Assembly (NCBI GenBank): GCA_039586755.1
Contig: JBDHJU010000040.1
Span: 1,885 to 65,884 of the forward strand
DNA length: 64,000 nt
Reading direction: 5' to 3'
Source: Gemmatimonadota bacterium
Lineage (GTDB): Bacteria > Gemmatimonadota > Gemmatimonadetes > Palauibacterales > KS3-K002
Position 1 is the first letter of the stretch, and every line of letters starts with the position of its first letter. Shown in pieces: positions 55,707 to 64,000 of this stretch. The position numbers and the translations under genes were made by a program. The notes beneath the pieces were generated by a model, which was not told the origin of the DNA, did no database searches, and saw nothing but the letters and a program-made list of their open reading frames with translations.

Positions 55707-56051
55707 ATGAACGAGGAAAAGGTCGATTTCAAGAACCTGGTCGCCGGGCTGGCGGCGTCGGCGATCGCGGTGCTCAGCCAGGTCGAGATGCTACTAGACC
55801 CGTCGACGACTGAGGGGGAGACCGAGAAGCTGTCGAAGGAGGAGACCGACAAGCGAATATCAGACGGCCTGACAGGGGCCCGGCAGCTAATCGACACCCT
55901 GGCCGTCCTGGAGGAGAAGACCAGGGGTAACCTCACCGATGAGGAGGGGCAGCTGCTTCAGGCTGTGCTCTCCGACCTTCGAATCCGCTACGTGAGCGTG
56001 GCGAACCGCCCAGCGTCCGAGGGAGATGCGGGGAAGGGGGACGCCGAGTGA
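55707..56051 (+). CDS. Small acidic protein, DUF1844-like
   Basis: 114 aa. FKNLVAGLAASAIAVLSQVE followed by an acidic helical tail resembles DUF1844 (from memory). Confidence 0.5.
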   Translation: MNEEKVDFKNLVAGLAASAIAVLSQVEMLLDPSTTEGETEKLSKEETDKRISDGLTGARQLIDTLAVLEEKTRGNLTDEEGQLLQAVLSDLRIRYVSVANRPASEGDAGKGDAE

Positions 56052-57370
56052 GGGTCGGGTCCTCCACGCTTCGGTTGGCGGCAGCGGCGCTCGTTCTCGT
56101 GGCGTGCGAGCGGGATGAGATCGTCAACGTCGACCCCGAAGCGGCGCCCGGTCCGTCTTCGCCCACCGTGGAGGCCGTGCTCGACACGGGCGTGCTGAGC
56201 GACTGGGCCGACACGACCTTCGGTGGCTTCACGAGAGCAGGGGTCACCAACTACATCCAGGTTGTGGGCGGCGCACCGCAGGGGACGAGCCGTGGGCTCG
56301 TCCAGTACAACAGCGTCGATGTCGAGGTCAGAATTCCCGGGTTCATCTCGGAAGTGGAGGCGTACGACTCGGCGCGCGTAGTAATAGGCGTCGACAGCAC
56401 GCAGACGGACCTTCCGGCGGCCGGAAGCATGATCCTGCAGCTCGTCGAGCTCGAGCAGGAGTGGGACATATCGGCTACCTGGGAGTTCGCGGTCGATACG
56501 CCGGGGGTCGCCACACCGTGGTTGGGCGGGCCCGGGGGGTCGTTGGGCGTGACGATTCTCGCCGAGGATACTCTCGAGCTCATCGCCATCGATGACACGA
56601 CGAGCGAGATGCCCGACTCACTCGTCTTCTGGCTGGGCGAGGCCTCCGACTCGCTGCTCAAGCTGTGGGCCGACTCACTCGAAGTTAATACCGGGCTCGC
56701 CGTGGTCGTCGCCGATTCCGGTCGCACCTGGCTGTTCGGAGCGAGACTCGACTACAACATGATACCGGTCGACAATCCGGACACGGCCGTGGCGGCCAAC
56801 TCGTTTGCTACTGCCGAGACGTTCATCTTCGATCCGACGGGCACAGAGAACGTCGAGGGCATCCTTCGCGTCGGTGGGGTGGAAGGATGGCGAACCTATA
56901 CCCAATTCGTCATCCCCGATTCGGTGCCGGTTCTGGGTTCGGACGACCTGTATCCGCTCCGCGGTTCGACGATCAACAAGGCAGAGCTCCTGCTCGTGAG
57001 CGTCGAGCAGCGGCCTCCGCCGTTCGAGGCGGAGGACCCGTTCCAGACGTCGACTTACGCACTGGCCGATAACTTCCTGGTGTTCGGCCCCAGGACGCCG
57101 GTGGGAAGGTTCGTCCGTGCCGGCGACGTGGTCCTTTTCCCGGATTCGATCGCGGTGGGTGATACCGTTCGCGTCGAGCTCACCCTGCTAGTGGAGGACT
57201 GGGCTGAGGCTTCGGCGGATTCGATTCCATTGCTGAGGTTCCTGATTCGACCGACAACAGGGGCGGCGACCTTCGGTTTCTGGGAGTTCGGAGCAATCGA
57301 CGGTGATCCGGCCTTCGCACCTTCGCTCCGCGTCGTGTTCACGCCGCCGGTTGGGTTCAGATTGCCGTGA
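56048..57370 (+). CDS. Hypothetical lipoprotein
   Basis: GTGA overlap with the upstream gene. Lipobox LVLVAC at residues 15-20. No recognisable catalytic motif. Confidence 0.6.
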   Translation: MRVGSSTLRLAAAALVLVACERDEIVNVDPEAAPGPSSPTVEAVLDTGVLSDWADTTFGGFTRAGVTNYIQVVGGAPQGTSRGLVQYNSVDVEVRIPGFISEVEAYDSARVVIGVDSTQTDLPAAGSMILQLVELEQEWDISATWEFAVDTPGVATPWLGGPGGSLGVTILAEDTLELIAIDDTTSEMPDSLVFWLGEASDSLLKLWADSLEVNTGLAVVVADSGRTWLFGARLDYNMIPVDNPDTAVAANSFATAETFIFDPTGTENVEGILRVGGVEGWRTYTQFVIPDSVPVLGSDDLYPLRGSTINKAELLLVSVEQRPPPFEAEDPFQTSTYALADNFLVFGPRTPVGRFVRAGDVVLFPDSIAVGDTVRVELTLLVEDWAEASADSIPLLRFLIRPTTGAATFGFWEFGAIDGDPAFAPSLRVVFTPPVGFRLP

Positions 57371-58527
57371 GCGTCCGCCGTCTGCTTCCGATGATTCTGG
57401 CGGTCTCCGGTGCCCTCGCCCCGGCAGAAGCGGTGGGGCAGGTCCAAACGTTGGGTACCGTCGCCCTCGGCAGGCCCGCACAGCCCCTCGATGGTCGTGC
57501 CCGCGCTCTGGGTGGTGCCGCGGTCGTCCTACACGGCGGTAACCTATCGGCGGTGAATCCGGCCTCGCTTTCCCGAATCAACTCGTCCGGCATCTGGCTT
57601 GCTTATCAGCCGGAGAGCCGGTCCTTGACGGGCGACCAGGTGAGCGGTGAAACGGAGACAGCCTCCTTCCCGCTGTTCCGCATGGTGCTTCCCATGTCGC
57701 GGCGCTGGGTGGCAGGCGCAGCCTTCGGCAGCGTGCTCGATCGGAATTGGGGGGTGCAGTTTACGGACACAGTCACCCTAACGACCGGTGACACGCCGTT
57801 TGAAGAAAAGCGCACCTCGGATGGTGGTGTAACCCAGTTTCGCCTCGAGAGCGGGTTTGTCCTTTCCCGGTCTTGGACGGTCGGCGTGGCGCTCCAGTAC
57901 TTCTTCGGCGAGTCAAGGGTCGAGGTCACCAGGGTGTTCCTAGAAGACCCCTTGCAGCCATTCGTCTCGGCCACGGCGATTCGCACGAGCGGTTGGGGGC
58001 TGACCTTCGGCACCGAGTTCCAGCCGATCGAAGAGATAATCTTCGGCCTCGTCGCCACCTGGGGGTCGGACCTCACTGTCCGAGATGACAGCACGGGTGC
58101 CGAGATCGATGTCGGTCTGCCGGTGGGGCTACAAGTCGGAGCCTCCTGGGTTCTGACGCCGGAAATCCTGTTCGCGTTCGCGGGGGGGTGGCAGAACTGG
58201 TCGAGCGCCAGCGCCGACCTGCCGAACGCTGCGGCCGAGGACTCCTGGCGCTTCGGCGGAGGTCTCGAGGTTCGTTTCCTCTCGTCGGGTGACGCCTGGG
58301 CCACGCTTTTGCGGCTGGGTGGCAGCTACGAGAAGTTCCCCTTCGTTATCGAGGAAGATGCACCGTGGGAGCGCGCTCTGGCGGTCGGCCTGGGCGCCGA
58401 CTTCATCGGCGGCCGCGGTCGCTTCGATGCAGCGGTCGAGTTCGGGCGACGTGGGAGCCAGGACACGAACGCGATCGAGGAATCCTTCACCCGCTATACC
58501 TTCTCCGTAGCGGTCTTCACGAACTAG
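57367..58527 (+). CDS. Putative outer-membrane beta-barrel protein (FadL/PorV-like N-terminal signature)
   Basis: Signal peptide (...APAEAVGQ), RARALGGAAVVLHGGNLSAVNPASL near the N-terminus, alternating beta-strand pattern, aromatic residue near the C-terminus (FSVAVFTN). Confidence 0.55.
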   Translation: MSVRRLLPMILAVSGALAPAEAVGQVQTLGTVALGRPAQPLDGRARALGGAAVVLHGGNLSAVNPASLSRINSSGIWLAYQPESRSLTGDQVSGETETASFPLFRMVLPMSRRWVAGAAFGSVLDRNWGVQFTDTVTLTTGDTPFEEKRTSDGGVTQFRLESGFVLSRSWTVGVALQYFFGESRVEVTRVFLEDPLQPFVSATAIRTSGWGLTFGTEFQPIEEIIFGLVATWGSDLTVRDDSTGAEIDVGLPVGLQVGASWVLTPEILFAFAGGWQNWSSASADLPNAAAEDSWRFGGGLEVRFLSSGDAWATLLRLGGSYEKFPFVIEEDAPWERALAVGLGADFIGGRGRFDAAVEFGRRGSQDTNAIEESFTRYTFSVAVFTN

Positions 58528-58532
58528 CCTCG

Positions 58533-59828
58533 ATGTCCATGCAGGCGGGCCCTCCTCCCCGGCGGATCTACTTCCATACCTTCGGCTGTCGCGCCAACCA
58601 GTACGATACCGAGCGCATGCGCCAGCTACTCGTGCGCCGCGGCTGTGTGACGGTAAGCGACCCGGGCCGAGCCGATGCGGTCGTAGTCAACAGCTGCACC
58701 GTCACCGGGTCTGCCGACTCCGAGCTGCGTCGGTACGTCCGCGCCGTGAGTCGCCGGTCCGGTGGTCGCGTACCGGTCGTTGTCGCCGGTTGTGCCGCCG
58801 CCGTGGCACGAGAGAAGGTTCGAGCGCTCGAGGGTGTCGCCGCGGTCGTCCCCGGCCAGGATCCCGAAGCCGTGGCCCGCAGCCTCGGCGTTTTGCCACG
58901 ACGGCCTGAGGAGGAGAACGGCGACCTGCTGGAGCGCTGTGAGCGGGGCACACGCGCCTGGCTCAAGGTGCAGGACGGTTGCGACCTCAACTGCTCGTAC
59001 TGCGTGATCCGGGTCGCCCGGGGACGTAACCGGTCGCGCGCGCCCCAGCAGGTCGTTGAGGAGGCGCGGCGGTTGGCCGGGCACCATCCGGAGATTTCGC
59101 TCACCGGAATCCACATCGGACTCTACGGCAAGGATCTGAAGCCGCGAGTCGCCCTCGCGGCCTTGCTCGAGGCGTTGCTGGATGGTGTAGGCGACGTTCG
59201 CTTTCGCGTAGGCTCGCTGGAGTGCAGCCAACTCGATGACCGGGTGATCGACCTAATGGCTGACTCCGCCGGCCGCCTGGCCCCGCACGTCCATGTGCCG
59301 CTACAGAGCGGCAGCGATCGCGTACTCAAGATGATGCGCCGCGCCTATCTGACTCGCCGTTACCGCGAGCGGGTCGAGCGCCTTGCAGAGCGGGTCGCGC
59401 CGCTGGGGCTGGGCACCGACATGATCGTCGGGTTCCCCGGCGAAACCGACGGGGACCACCGGCGCAGCGTCGCGCTCATAGAAGCGCTCCCGTTTACCTA
59501 CGTGCACGTCTTTCCTTACTCGGAGCGCCGGGGCACCGACGCGGAGGGACTGCCCGACCCGGTGGCGCCGGAGGTCAAAGCGGAACGCTCGCTGGAGATA
59601 CGCGAGCTGGTCCGGCGGAAGGCGGACGAGCACCGTCGACGCCGCGTCGGTACGAGAGCGCGGGTCGTGCTCGAAGGCGACGACATGGAGACTGCAGTCA
59701 CCGGTGACTACCTGAAGATGCCGGCCGACGATACCTTACGGGCAGCGGGGCCGCGCTTGCAGCAAGCCGTGATCGAGACGGCGCGAGACGGGGAGCTCCG
59801 CGCCACTGCACACCCACAGAGATCGTGA
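58533..59828 (+). CDS. Radical-SAM methylthiotransferase, MiaB-like (MtaB/RimO class undetermined)
   Basis: ATG at 58533. FHTFGCRANQYDTE (UPF0004 domain) and radical-SAM cluster CDLNCSYC. Confidence 0.82.
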   Translation: MSMQAGPPPRRIYFHTFGCRANQYDTERMRQLLVRRGCVTVSDPGRADAVVVNSCTVTGSADSELRRYVRAVSRRSGGRVPVVVAGCAAAVAREKVRALEGVAAVVPGQDPEAVARSLGVLPRRPEEENGDLLERCERGTRAWLKVQDGCDLNCSYCVIRVARGRNRSRAPQQVVEEARRLAGHHPEISLTGIHIGLYGKDLKPRVALAALLEALLDGVGDVRFRVGSLECSQLDDRVIDLMADSAGRLAPHVHVPLQSGSDRVLKMMRRAYLTRRYRERVERLAERVAPLGLGTDMIVGFPGETDGDHRRSVALIEALPFTYVHVFPYSERRGTDAEGLPDPVAPEVKAERSLEIRELVRRKADEHRRRRVGTRARVVLEGDDMETAVTGDYLKMPADDTLRAAGPRLQQAVIETARDGELRATAHPQRS

Positions 59829-61144
59829 GCATGTCGAAGACGTACTGGGTCGAGACGTACGGATGCCAGATGAACCTGAGCGACAGCGAGCTCATGGAGG
59901 GTGTTCTGGAGTCCGGCGGCTACGCCCAGGTCTCCGCGCCGGAGGAGGCCGACGTCATCCTCGTCAACACGTGCGCGATTCGCGAGCACGCCGAGCAGCG
60001 GGTGTTAGGTCGGGTGGCGGAGCTCAACCGGGTGAAGCGGAAGCGCCCGGGCACGCTGATCGGGGTGTGCGGCTGCATGGCACAGCGCCTTGGCACGCAG
60101 CTCATCGAGCGGGCCGAGTACGTCGACATGGTGATAGGGCCCGACGCCTACCGTTCGCTCCCCCAGCTCATCGACCAGGCGAGCGGGGGCGGCGGAGGTG
60201 TCGTCGACGTAGAGCTCAAGACCTCGGAGAACTACGAGGGACTGGAGCTACGGCGAAAGTCGCAGGTATCGGCCTGGATCCCCATCCAGCGCGGCTGTGA
60301 CTACCGCTGCACATTCTGCATCGTCCCGTTCACCCGCGGGCCGGAAAAGAACCGCGAACCGGATGCCGTTCTGCGTGAGATCGAAGAGCAGGTCACTGAG
60401 GGGATCACCGAGTTCACACTGCTGGGCCAGACCGTGAACTCGTATCGCTACGAGGATTGGACCTTCCCGAAACTGCTACGCGCCGTAGCCCGCCTCGACG
60501 GCGTGCGGCGCGTGCGCTTCACCTCGCCGCACCCCAATGATCTGACGCGCGAGCTGGTGGAGGTGATGGCGGAAGAAGACGCCGTCTGCCCGCAGATGCA
60601 CCTGCCGGTGCAATCGGGCTCGGACCGGGTGCTCAAGCGCATGGCGCGGCGATACACGCGCGCCGAGTACATGACCAAGGTCGAGGGACTGCGCGATGCG
60701 ATTCCGCACATCGCGCTCGGCACGGACATCATCGTCGGATTCCCCGGCGAGGACGAGACCGACTTCGAGGCCACGCTGGACCTGGTGCGTGCCGTCCGTT
60801 ACGATGACGCCTTCACCTTCCGTTATTCGGCACGCGAGGGCACGCCGTCCACCCGGATGGCCGAGGAGTGGGTCGTGCCCGACCACGTGGCGCAAGGACG
60901 GTTGGAGCGCCTGATTGCGCTGGTGCGCGAGATCGCGGCCGAGAAGAATTTGGCCGAGGTCGGGAAGGTCGCCGAGGTTCTGGTCGAGAAACGGGCCCGC
61001 CGCGGTGAGTTGCTCCAGGCGCGCACAGATACATACAAAGTCGTGCTGATCCCGGGACCGGAAGATTGGATCGGCCGCTACATGAGGGTCGCGCTGACCG
61101 GGACCAGCGGGGCCACATTCACCGGATTCCCCGTCGAGCCATGA
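59825..61144 (+). CDS. miaB: tRNA-i6A37 methylthiotransferase MiaB
   Basis: YWVETYGCQMNLSDSE, radical-SAM CDYRCTFC, C-terminal TRAM-like domain. GTG at 59825 (GTGA overlap), or ATG at 59831. Confidence 0.9.
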   Translation: MSMSKTYWVETYGCQMNLSDSELMEGVLESGGYAQVSAPEEADVILVNTCAIREHAEQRVLGRVAELNRVKRKRPGTLIGVCGCMAQRLGTQLIERAEYVDMVIGPDAYRSLPQLIDQASGGGGGVVDVELKTSENYEGLELRRKSQVSAWIPIQRGCDYRCTFCIVPFTRGPEKNREPDAVLREIEEQVTEGITEFTLLGQTVNSYRYEDWTFPKLLRAVARLDGVRRVRFTSPHPNDLTRELVEVMAEEDAVCPQMHLPVQSGSDRVLKRMARRYTRAEYMTKVEGLRDAIPHIALGTDIIVGFPGEDETDFEATLDLVRAVRYDDAFTFRYSAREGTPSTRMAEEWVVPDHVAQGRLERLIALVREIAAEKNLAEVGKVAEVLVEKRARRGELLQARTDTYKVVLIPGPEDWIGRYMRVALTGTSGATFTGFPVEP

Positions 61145-61467
61145 AATGGCGTGCACTTACCTGGAAGATCCTCGGCGGCGCGCTGATCGTGGCGCTGCTC
61201 GCTTGGTTCGCCTACGCAAATTCCGATCAGTCGGTCGACATCAAGCTCGGCCTGTTCACGCTGCGCGGGATATCTCTCCCCATCCTCGTCTACGGCTCCG
61301 TGGTCGTCGGGATGCTGCTTATGGTGGCCGTCGGCCTGCGGAACGACATGCGGACGCGACAGGCGCTGGATCGCTACGACAAGATCGCCGCGGACGTGAT
61401 GCAAGGGATCGAAGATCCGGACCAGGGCAGGGAAGAGGTTCTGGAGGAAACGAGGGACGAGCTCTGA
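61141..61467 (+). CDS. Small LapA-domain-like (DUF1049) membrane protein
   Basis: ATGA overlap with miaB. 108 aa, two TM helices and a charged C-terminus. Confidence 0.55.
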   Translation: MKWRALTWKILGGALIVALLAWFAYANSDQSVDIKLGLFTLRGISLPILVYGSVVVGMLLMVAVGLRNDMRTRQALDRYDKIAADVMQGIEDPDQGREEVLEETRDEL

Positions 61468-61512
61468 GTCTCAGTTAGGCCCGACGCTTGTCGCGACGAG
61501 CATGGGGCGGCC

Positions 61513-62070
61513 ATGAAGGGATCACGAGTGGTCACGTGGATCAGGGTCGGCTTCTGGCTCGTCGTTGCGGTCTTTGTTCTGGGCGCTCTGTGGGCGACGC
61601 GATTCGGCGAGCGCATCCCCTCTATCTACATTCAGACCGGTGTGTCCATGGAGCCGACGCTGGCCCAGGGCGAGTACTTCGTCGCCTGGAGCCCGGCCGG
61701 CCGAATGGAGCGCGGCGATCTGCTCATCTTCCGTTACGTCCGCGGTAGCCGCGAGTACCACGTGCTGCGCCGCCTCGTCGCGCTCCCCGGCGACACGGTG
61801 GCTATGGACTCGGGCGTCGTGGTCCTGAACGGCGCCCCTCAGTCGTGGCCCTTCGACATCGCCAGCCCCGGTGCCTGGCGCTCCGAGCTGGCCATCGAGG
61901 AGAATATCTATACCTGGGGTCCGTGGGTCGTCCCGCCCGATTCGGTCGTGCTGCTCTCCGACCGACGTGACATGCTGGGCTGGCCGGATAGCCGCTTCCT
62001 CGGGTTCATCCCAATCGACGAGATCCTCGCCCGAGCCGCTTTCACGATTCGCGGCCGGCGTCTGCGTTAG
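61513..62070 (+). CDS. Signal peptidase I (S26) homologue lacking the catalytic lysine
   Basis: Box B GVSMEPTL (Ser), box C RGDLLIF and box E SDRRD...DSRFLGFIP are present. Box D reads HVLRRLVALPGD where KR is expected. Confidence 0.75.
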   Translation: MKGSRVVTWIRVGFWLVVAVFVLGALWATRFGERIPSIYIQTGVSMEPTLAQGEYFVAWSPAGRMERGDLLIFRYVRGSREYHVLRRLVALPGDTVAMDSGVVVLNGAPQSWPFDIASPGAWRSELAIEENIYTWGPWVVPPDSVVLLSDRRDMLGWPDSRFLGFIPIDEILARAAFTIRGRRLR

Positions 62071-62127
62071 AGAGTCTTGTGGCCGCCGCGCGATCGGAGG
62101 CACGGCCACAGCAACCGGGAGGTTAGC

Positions 62128-63003
62128 ATGAAGAGAATAGCGATCGCTCTACTGGCTCTGCCGTTCCTCTGTGCCCCGGGGTTCGCACAGTCGCAGGGGA
62201 ACCTCAAGGTCTTCATCTCGGTGGACATGGAGGGCATCACCGGCGTCGTCAACTGGGAGGACGTGAGCAGGACGGGGAAGGACTACGATCGCTTCCGTCG
62301 AATTATGACCGAGGAGGTGAACGCCGCTATCGAAGGCGCCGTGGCGGCGGGCGCCACCGAGATCGTCGTCCGCGACTCGCACGGCTCGGCGCGCAATATC
62401 TTGCCGGATCTGCTCGATCCGCGGGCCCGGCTGATACGGGACTGGTCCGGCGGCCCGAAAGTCATGATGGAAGGGGTCGATGAGAGCTTCGATGCCGTCA
62501 TCTTCATCGGCTACCACGCGAAGGCCGGCACCCCCGACGCTCTCCTCGAGCACACGAGCTCTGGGGACGTGACGGATTTCTCGATCAACGGAATCTCGAT
62601 GCCGGAGGCCGGCTACAACTCGCTGATCGCCGGTTATTACGATGTCCCTGTCGTCTTCGCCGCCGGTGACAAGGCGCTCTGCGAACAGATCGAGGGCCTG
62701 TTGGGCGACGTCGAGACGGTAGCGGTGAAGGAAGGGATCGGGGCCGCCGCGCTCACTCTGCACCCCGAGGTGTCGCACGGAAGGATCCGCCTGGGCGTGC
62801 AGCGGGCGCTCAGTAACCTCGACCGCTTCGAGCCCTTCAAGCTCGACACCCCCTACACGCTGGTGCTCAAGCTCAAGACCGAGGAGTCGGTATATAGAGG
62901 CTCTCACTTCCCGGGGGCCGAGCGGACCGGCGATTGGGAGCTCACGTACAGCAGCGACGATTTCCTCGAAGTTATGTACGCGTTTGGTGCCATGCGGAGA
63001 TAG
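62128..63003 (+). CDS. M55-family D-aminopeptidase (DppA-like), secreted
   Basis: Signal peptide MKRIAIALLALPFLCAPGFAQ, then FISVDMEGITGV, RDSHGSA, GYHAKAG. Confidence 0.8.
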   Translation: MKRIAIALLALPFLCAPGFAQSQGNLKVFISVDMEGITGVVNWEDVSRTGKDYDRFRRIMTEEVNAAIEGAVAAGATEIVVRDSHGSARNILPDLLDPRARLIRDWSGGPKVMMEGVDESFDAVIFIGYHAKAGTPDALLEHTSSGDVTDFSINGISMPEAGYNSLIAGYYDVPVVFAAGDKALCEQIEGLLGDVETVAVKEGIGAAALTLHPEVSHGRIRLGVQRALSNLDRFEPFKLDTPYTLVLKLKTEESVYRGSHFPGAERTGDWELTYSSDDFLEVMYAFGAMRR

Positions 63004-63069
63004 CATCGCGAGCCGGGGCGGGGGATACGGCATCTACCTCAGTTCTAGCCGAGGGAGTTTACCATGACG

Positions 63070-63180
63070 CGGAGTCCGGAGACGGCGTCGTCCGGGGAAC
63101 CAGGCGCGGTGCTGGCCGACGCGGCAATGGGTTACTAGGTAAGTCGGACGAGGGCCGCCAGTGCGCAGACCGGCGGTGGG
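63070..63180 (+). promoter_or_regulatory. Candidate cobalamin (B12) riboswitch-like leader
   Basis: By eye: a hairpin (63076-63095), GGGGAAC, stem CCAG-GCGCGGTG-CTGG, CCGACGCGGCAATGGGTTA (compare E. coli btuB GCUGACGCGCAGCGGUAAGG), and a B12-box-like AAGTCGGACGAGGGCCGCC followed by the pairing partner GGCGG. Not verified with a covariance model. Confidence 0.35.
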
Positions 63181-63264
63181 TCCGATGGGAACCGTGGCGA
63201 GTCGTACGGAGTTTACTGATTCGAGGAGCCCTACTTGCCAGGACACCCTCTCTGGGAGGTCTCA

Positions 63265-63534
63265 ATGATTCGCATGTTCGCACGCCATCCCGTAGCCGAC
63301 TTCGCCAAGTGGAAGCAGGCCTATGACGACTTCGACTCTGAGCGGAAGGGCATGGGAGTGGTAGGTGAAGCGGTCTTCAAGTCGGCGGACGATCCGAACG
63401 ACGTCACCGTGTGGCACGACTTCAAGACGCTGCAGTCGGCTCGCGAGTTCGTAGAGTCCGATCGCCTGCGCGAGGTGATGGACTCGGCGGGCGTGGCCGG
63501 CGAGCCCACTATATGGTTCACCGACCCGGCCTGA
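63265..63534 (+). CDS. Small (89 aa) dimeric alpha/beta-barrel-like protein of unknown function
   Basis: ATG at 63265, 6 nt after GGGAGG. MFARHPVADFAKWKQAYDDF...DDPNDVTVWHDF...ARE resembles small proteins often annotated 'cyclase' in high-GC bacteria (from memory). Confidence 0.6.
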   Translation: MIRMFARHPVADFAKWKQAYDDFDSERKGMGVVGEAVFKSADDPNDVTVWHDFKTLQSAREFVESDRLREVMDSAGVAGEPTIWFTDPA

Positions 63535-63548
63535 TCAACGGAACGAAC

Positions 63549-63860
63549 TCAAGGCGACGTAACTGACTCGGCGCGCCCCCGTGGGCGGATCTCCAGGCGG
63601 GCCTTCGCCTCCTCCGTCGGCTCGAGGCGGCCGCCCAGGGTCACGGTGTGGCGGCCCGGCCCCATGCGGAAGGCGGCCTCGTCTACAGCGAGTACGCCGA
63701 TCCTGCCGTGGTTCTCGTCACGGATCGTAACCTCTGCGCCACCTTCGTAGCGCAGCGACCAACCCTCCCGTAGCCTCACCGGCAGCGGGAGGGCTTCCCG
63801 TTCGCCCAGGGAGATCCGAGAAAGCCGAGAAGAGCGGCTCGCCGGGTTGCCGGGCCCCAC
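63549..63860 (-). CDS. Hypothetical protein, possibly the 3' part of a frameshifted gene reaching the window edge
   Basis: Protein-like composition from ISLGEREALPLPVRLREGWSLRYEGG onward. A second protein-like reading (MAGVFTSDQKRRMEDVGNEFHLEATGPGAWQLVQIYPQVFRHE, 63862-63990) is in another frame just upstream. Confidence 0.3.
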   Translation of the reverse strand: MGPGNPASRSSRLSRISLGEREALPLPVRLREGWSLRYEGGAEVTIRDENHGRIGVLAVDEAAFRMGPGRHTVTLGGRLEPTEEAKARLEIRPRGRAESVTSP

Positions 63861-64000
63861 GTTCGTGCCGGAAGACCTGCGGATAGATCTGGACCAGCTG
63901 CCAGGCCCCGGGCCCGGTCGCCTCGAGGTGGAATTCGTTACCTACGTCCTCCATCCGCCTCTTCTGGTCGGAGGTGAAGACGCCTGCCATCCGGGCGCGC

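Noticed and set aside
59825-61144. Tandem radical-SAM methylthiotransferases (58533-59828 and 59825-61144) as a recent duplication or novel pair
   Set aside because: The two proteins differ clearly. One has MiaB-type ETYGCQMN/CDYRCTFC and the other MtaB/RimO-like FHTFGCRANQ/CDLNCSYC. This fits two distinct, commonly co-occurring housekeeping tRNA/ribosome-modification enzymes.

Overview
GC-rich (roughly two-thirds G+C by eye) bacterial chromosomal segment. Nearly all genes are on the + strand, and many adjacent genes share 1-20 nt start/stop overlaps (ATGA, GTGA, TTGA). No transposase, integrase, CRISPR array or rRNA is visible. Gene content suggests a high-GC diderm, possibly Gemmatimonadota-like; that is inference only.

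Layout:
1. Housekeeping genes: punA, ileS, a dksA-like gene, lspA, rluD.
2. A ~17 kb, 18-gene single-strand operon (6.0-23.3 kb). A chemosensory set (CheW, CheY, CheA, CheC ... CheR, CheD, CheB, CheW-CheW) surrounds an MglB/MglA polarity-GTPase core. That core also holds two further Roadblock proteins, two PATAN(DUF4388)-TPR proteins, three other TPR proteins and a DnaA-like AAA+ ATPase with no DNA-binding domain. The operon ends with a membrane metalloprotease. No receptor (MCP) gene is present.
3. tRNA-Val and a TPR lipoprotein.
4. A complete dcw cell-division cluster, mraZ to ftsZ. murG appears disrupted and ddl is absent.
5. An M23 peptidase, a TPR membrane protein, a DUF885-like protein, a vWA-like membrane protein and recG.
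6. asnS, mazG (- strand), alr, an envelope gene trio, two radical-SAM methylthiotransferases, an atypical signal peptidase I, a DppA-like peptidase and a small gene preceded by a cobalamin-riboswitch-like leader.

Most notable observations: the che-mgl operon; a CheA whose Hpt domain lacks the phospho-histidine helix; the orphan DnaA-like ATPase; the broken murG; a lysine-free S26 peptidase; and two unusual GATTC/GAATC-rich repeat or palindrome elements in intergenic regions. All calls come from reading the ORF translations and the DNA by eye. No database search was run.
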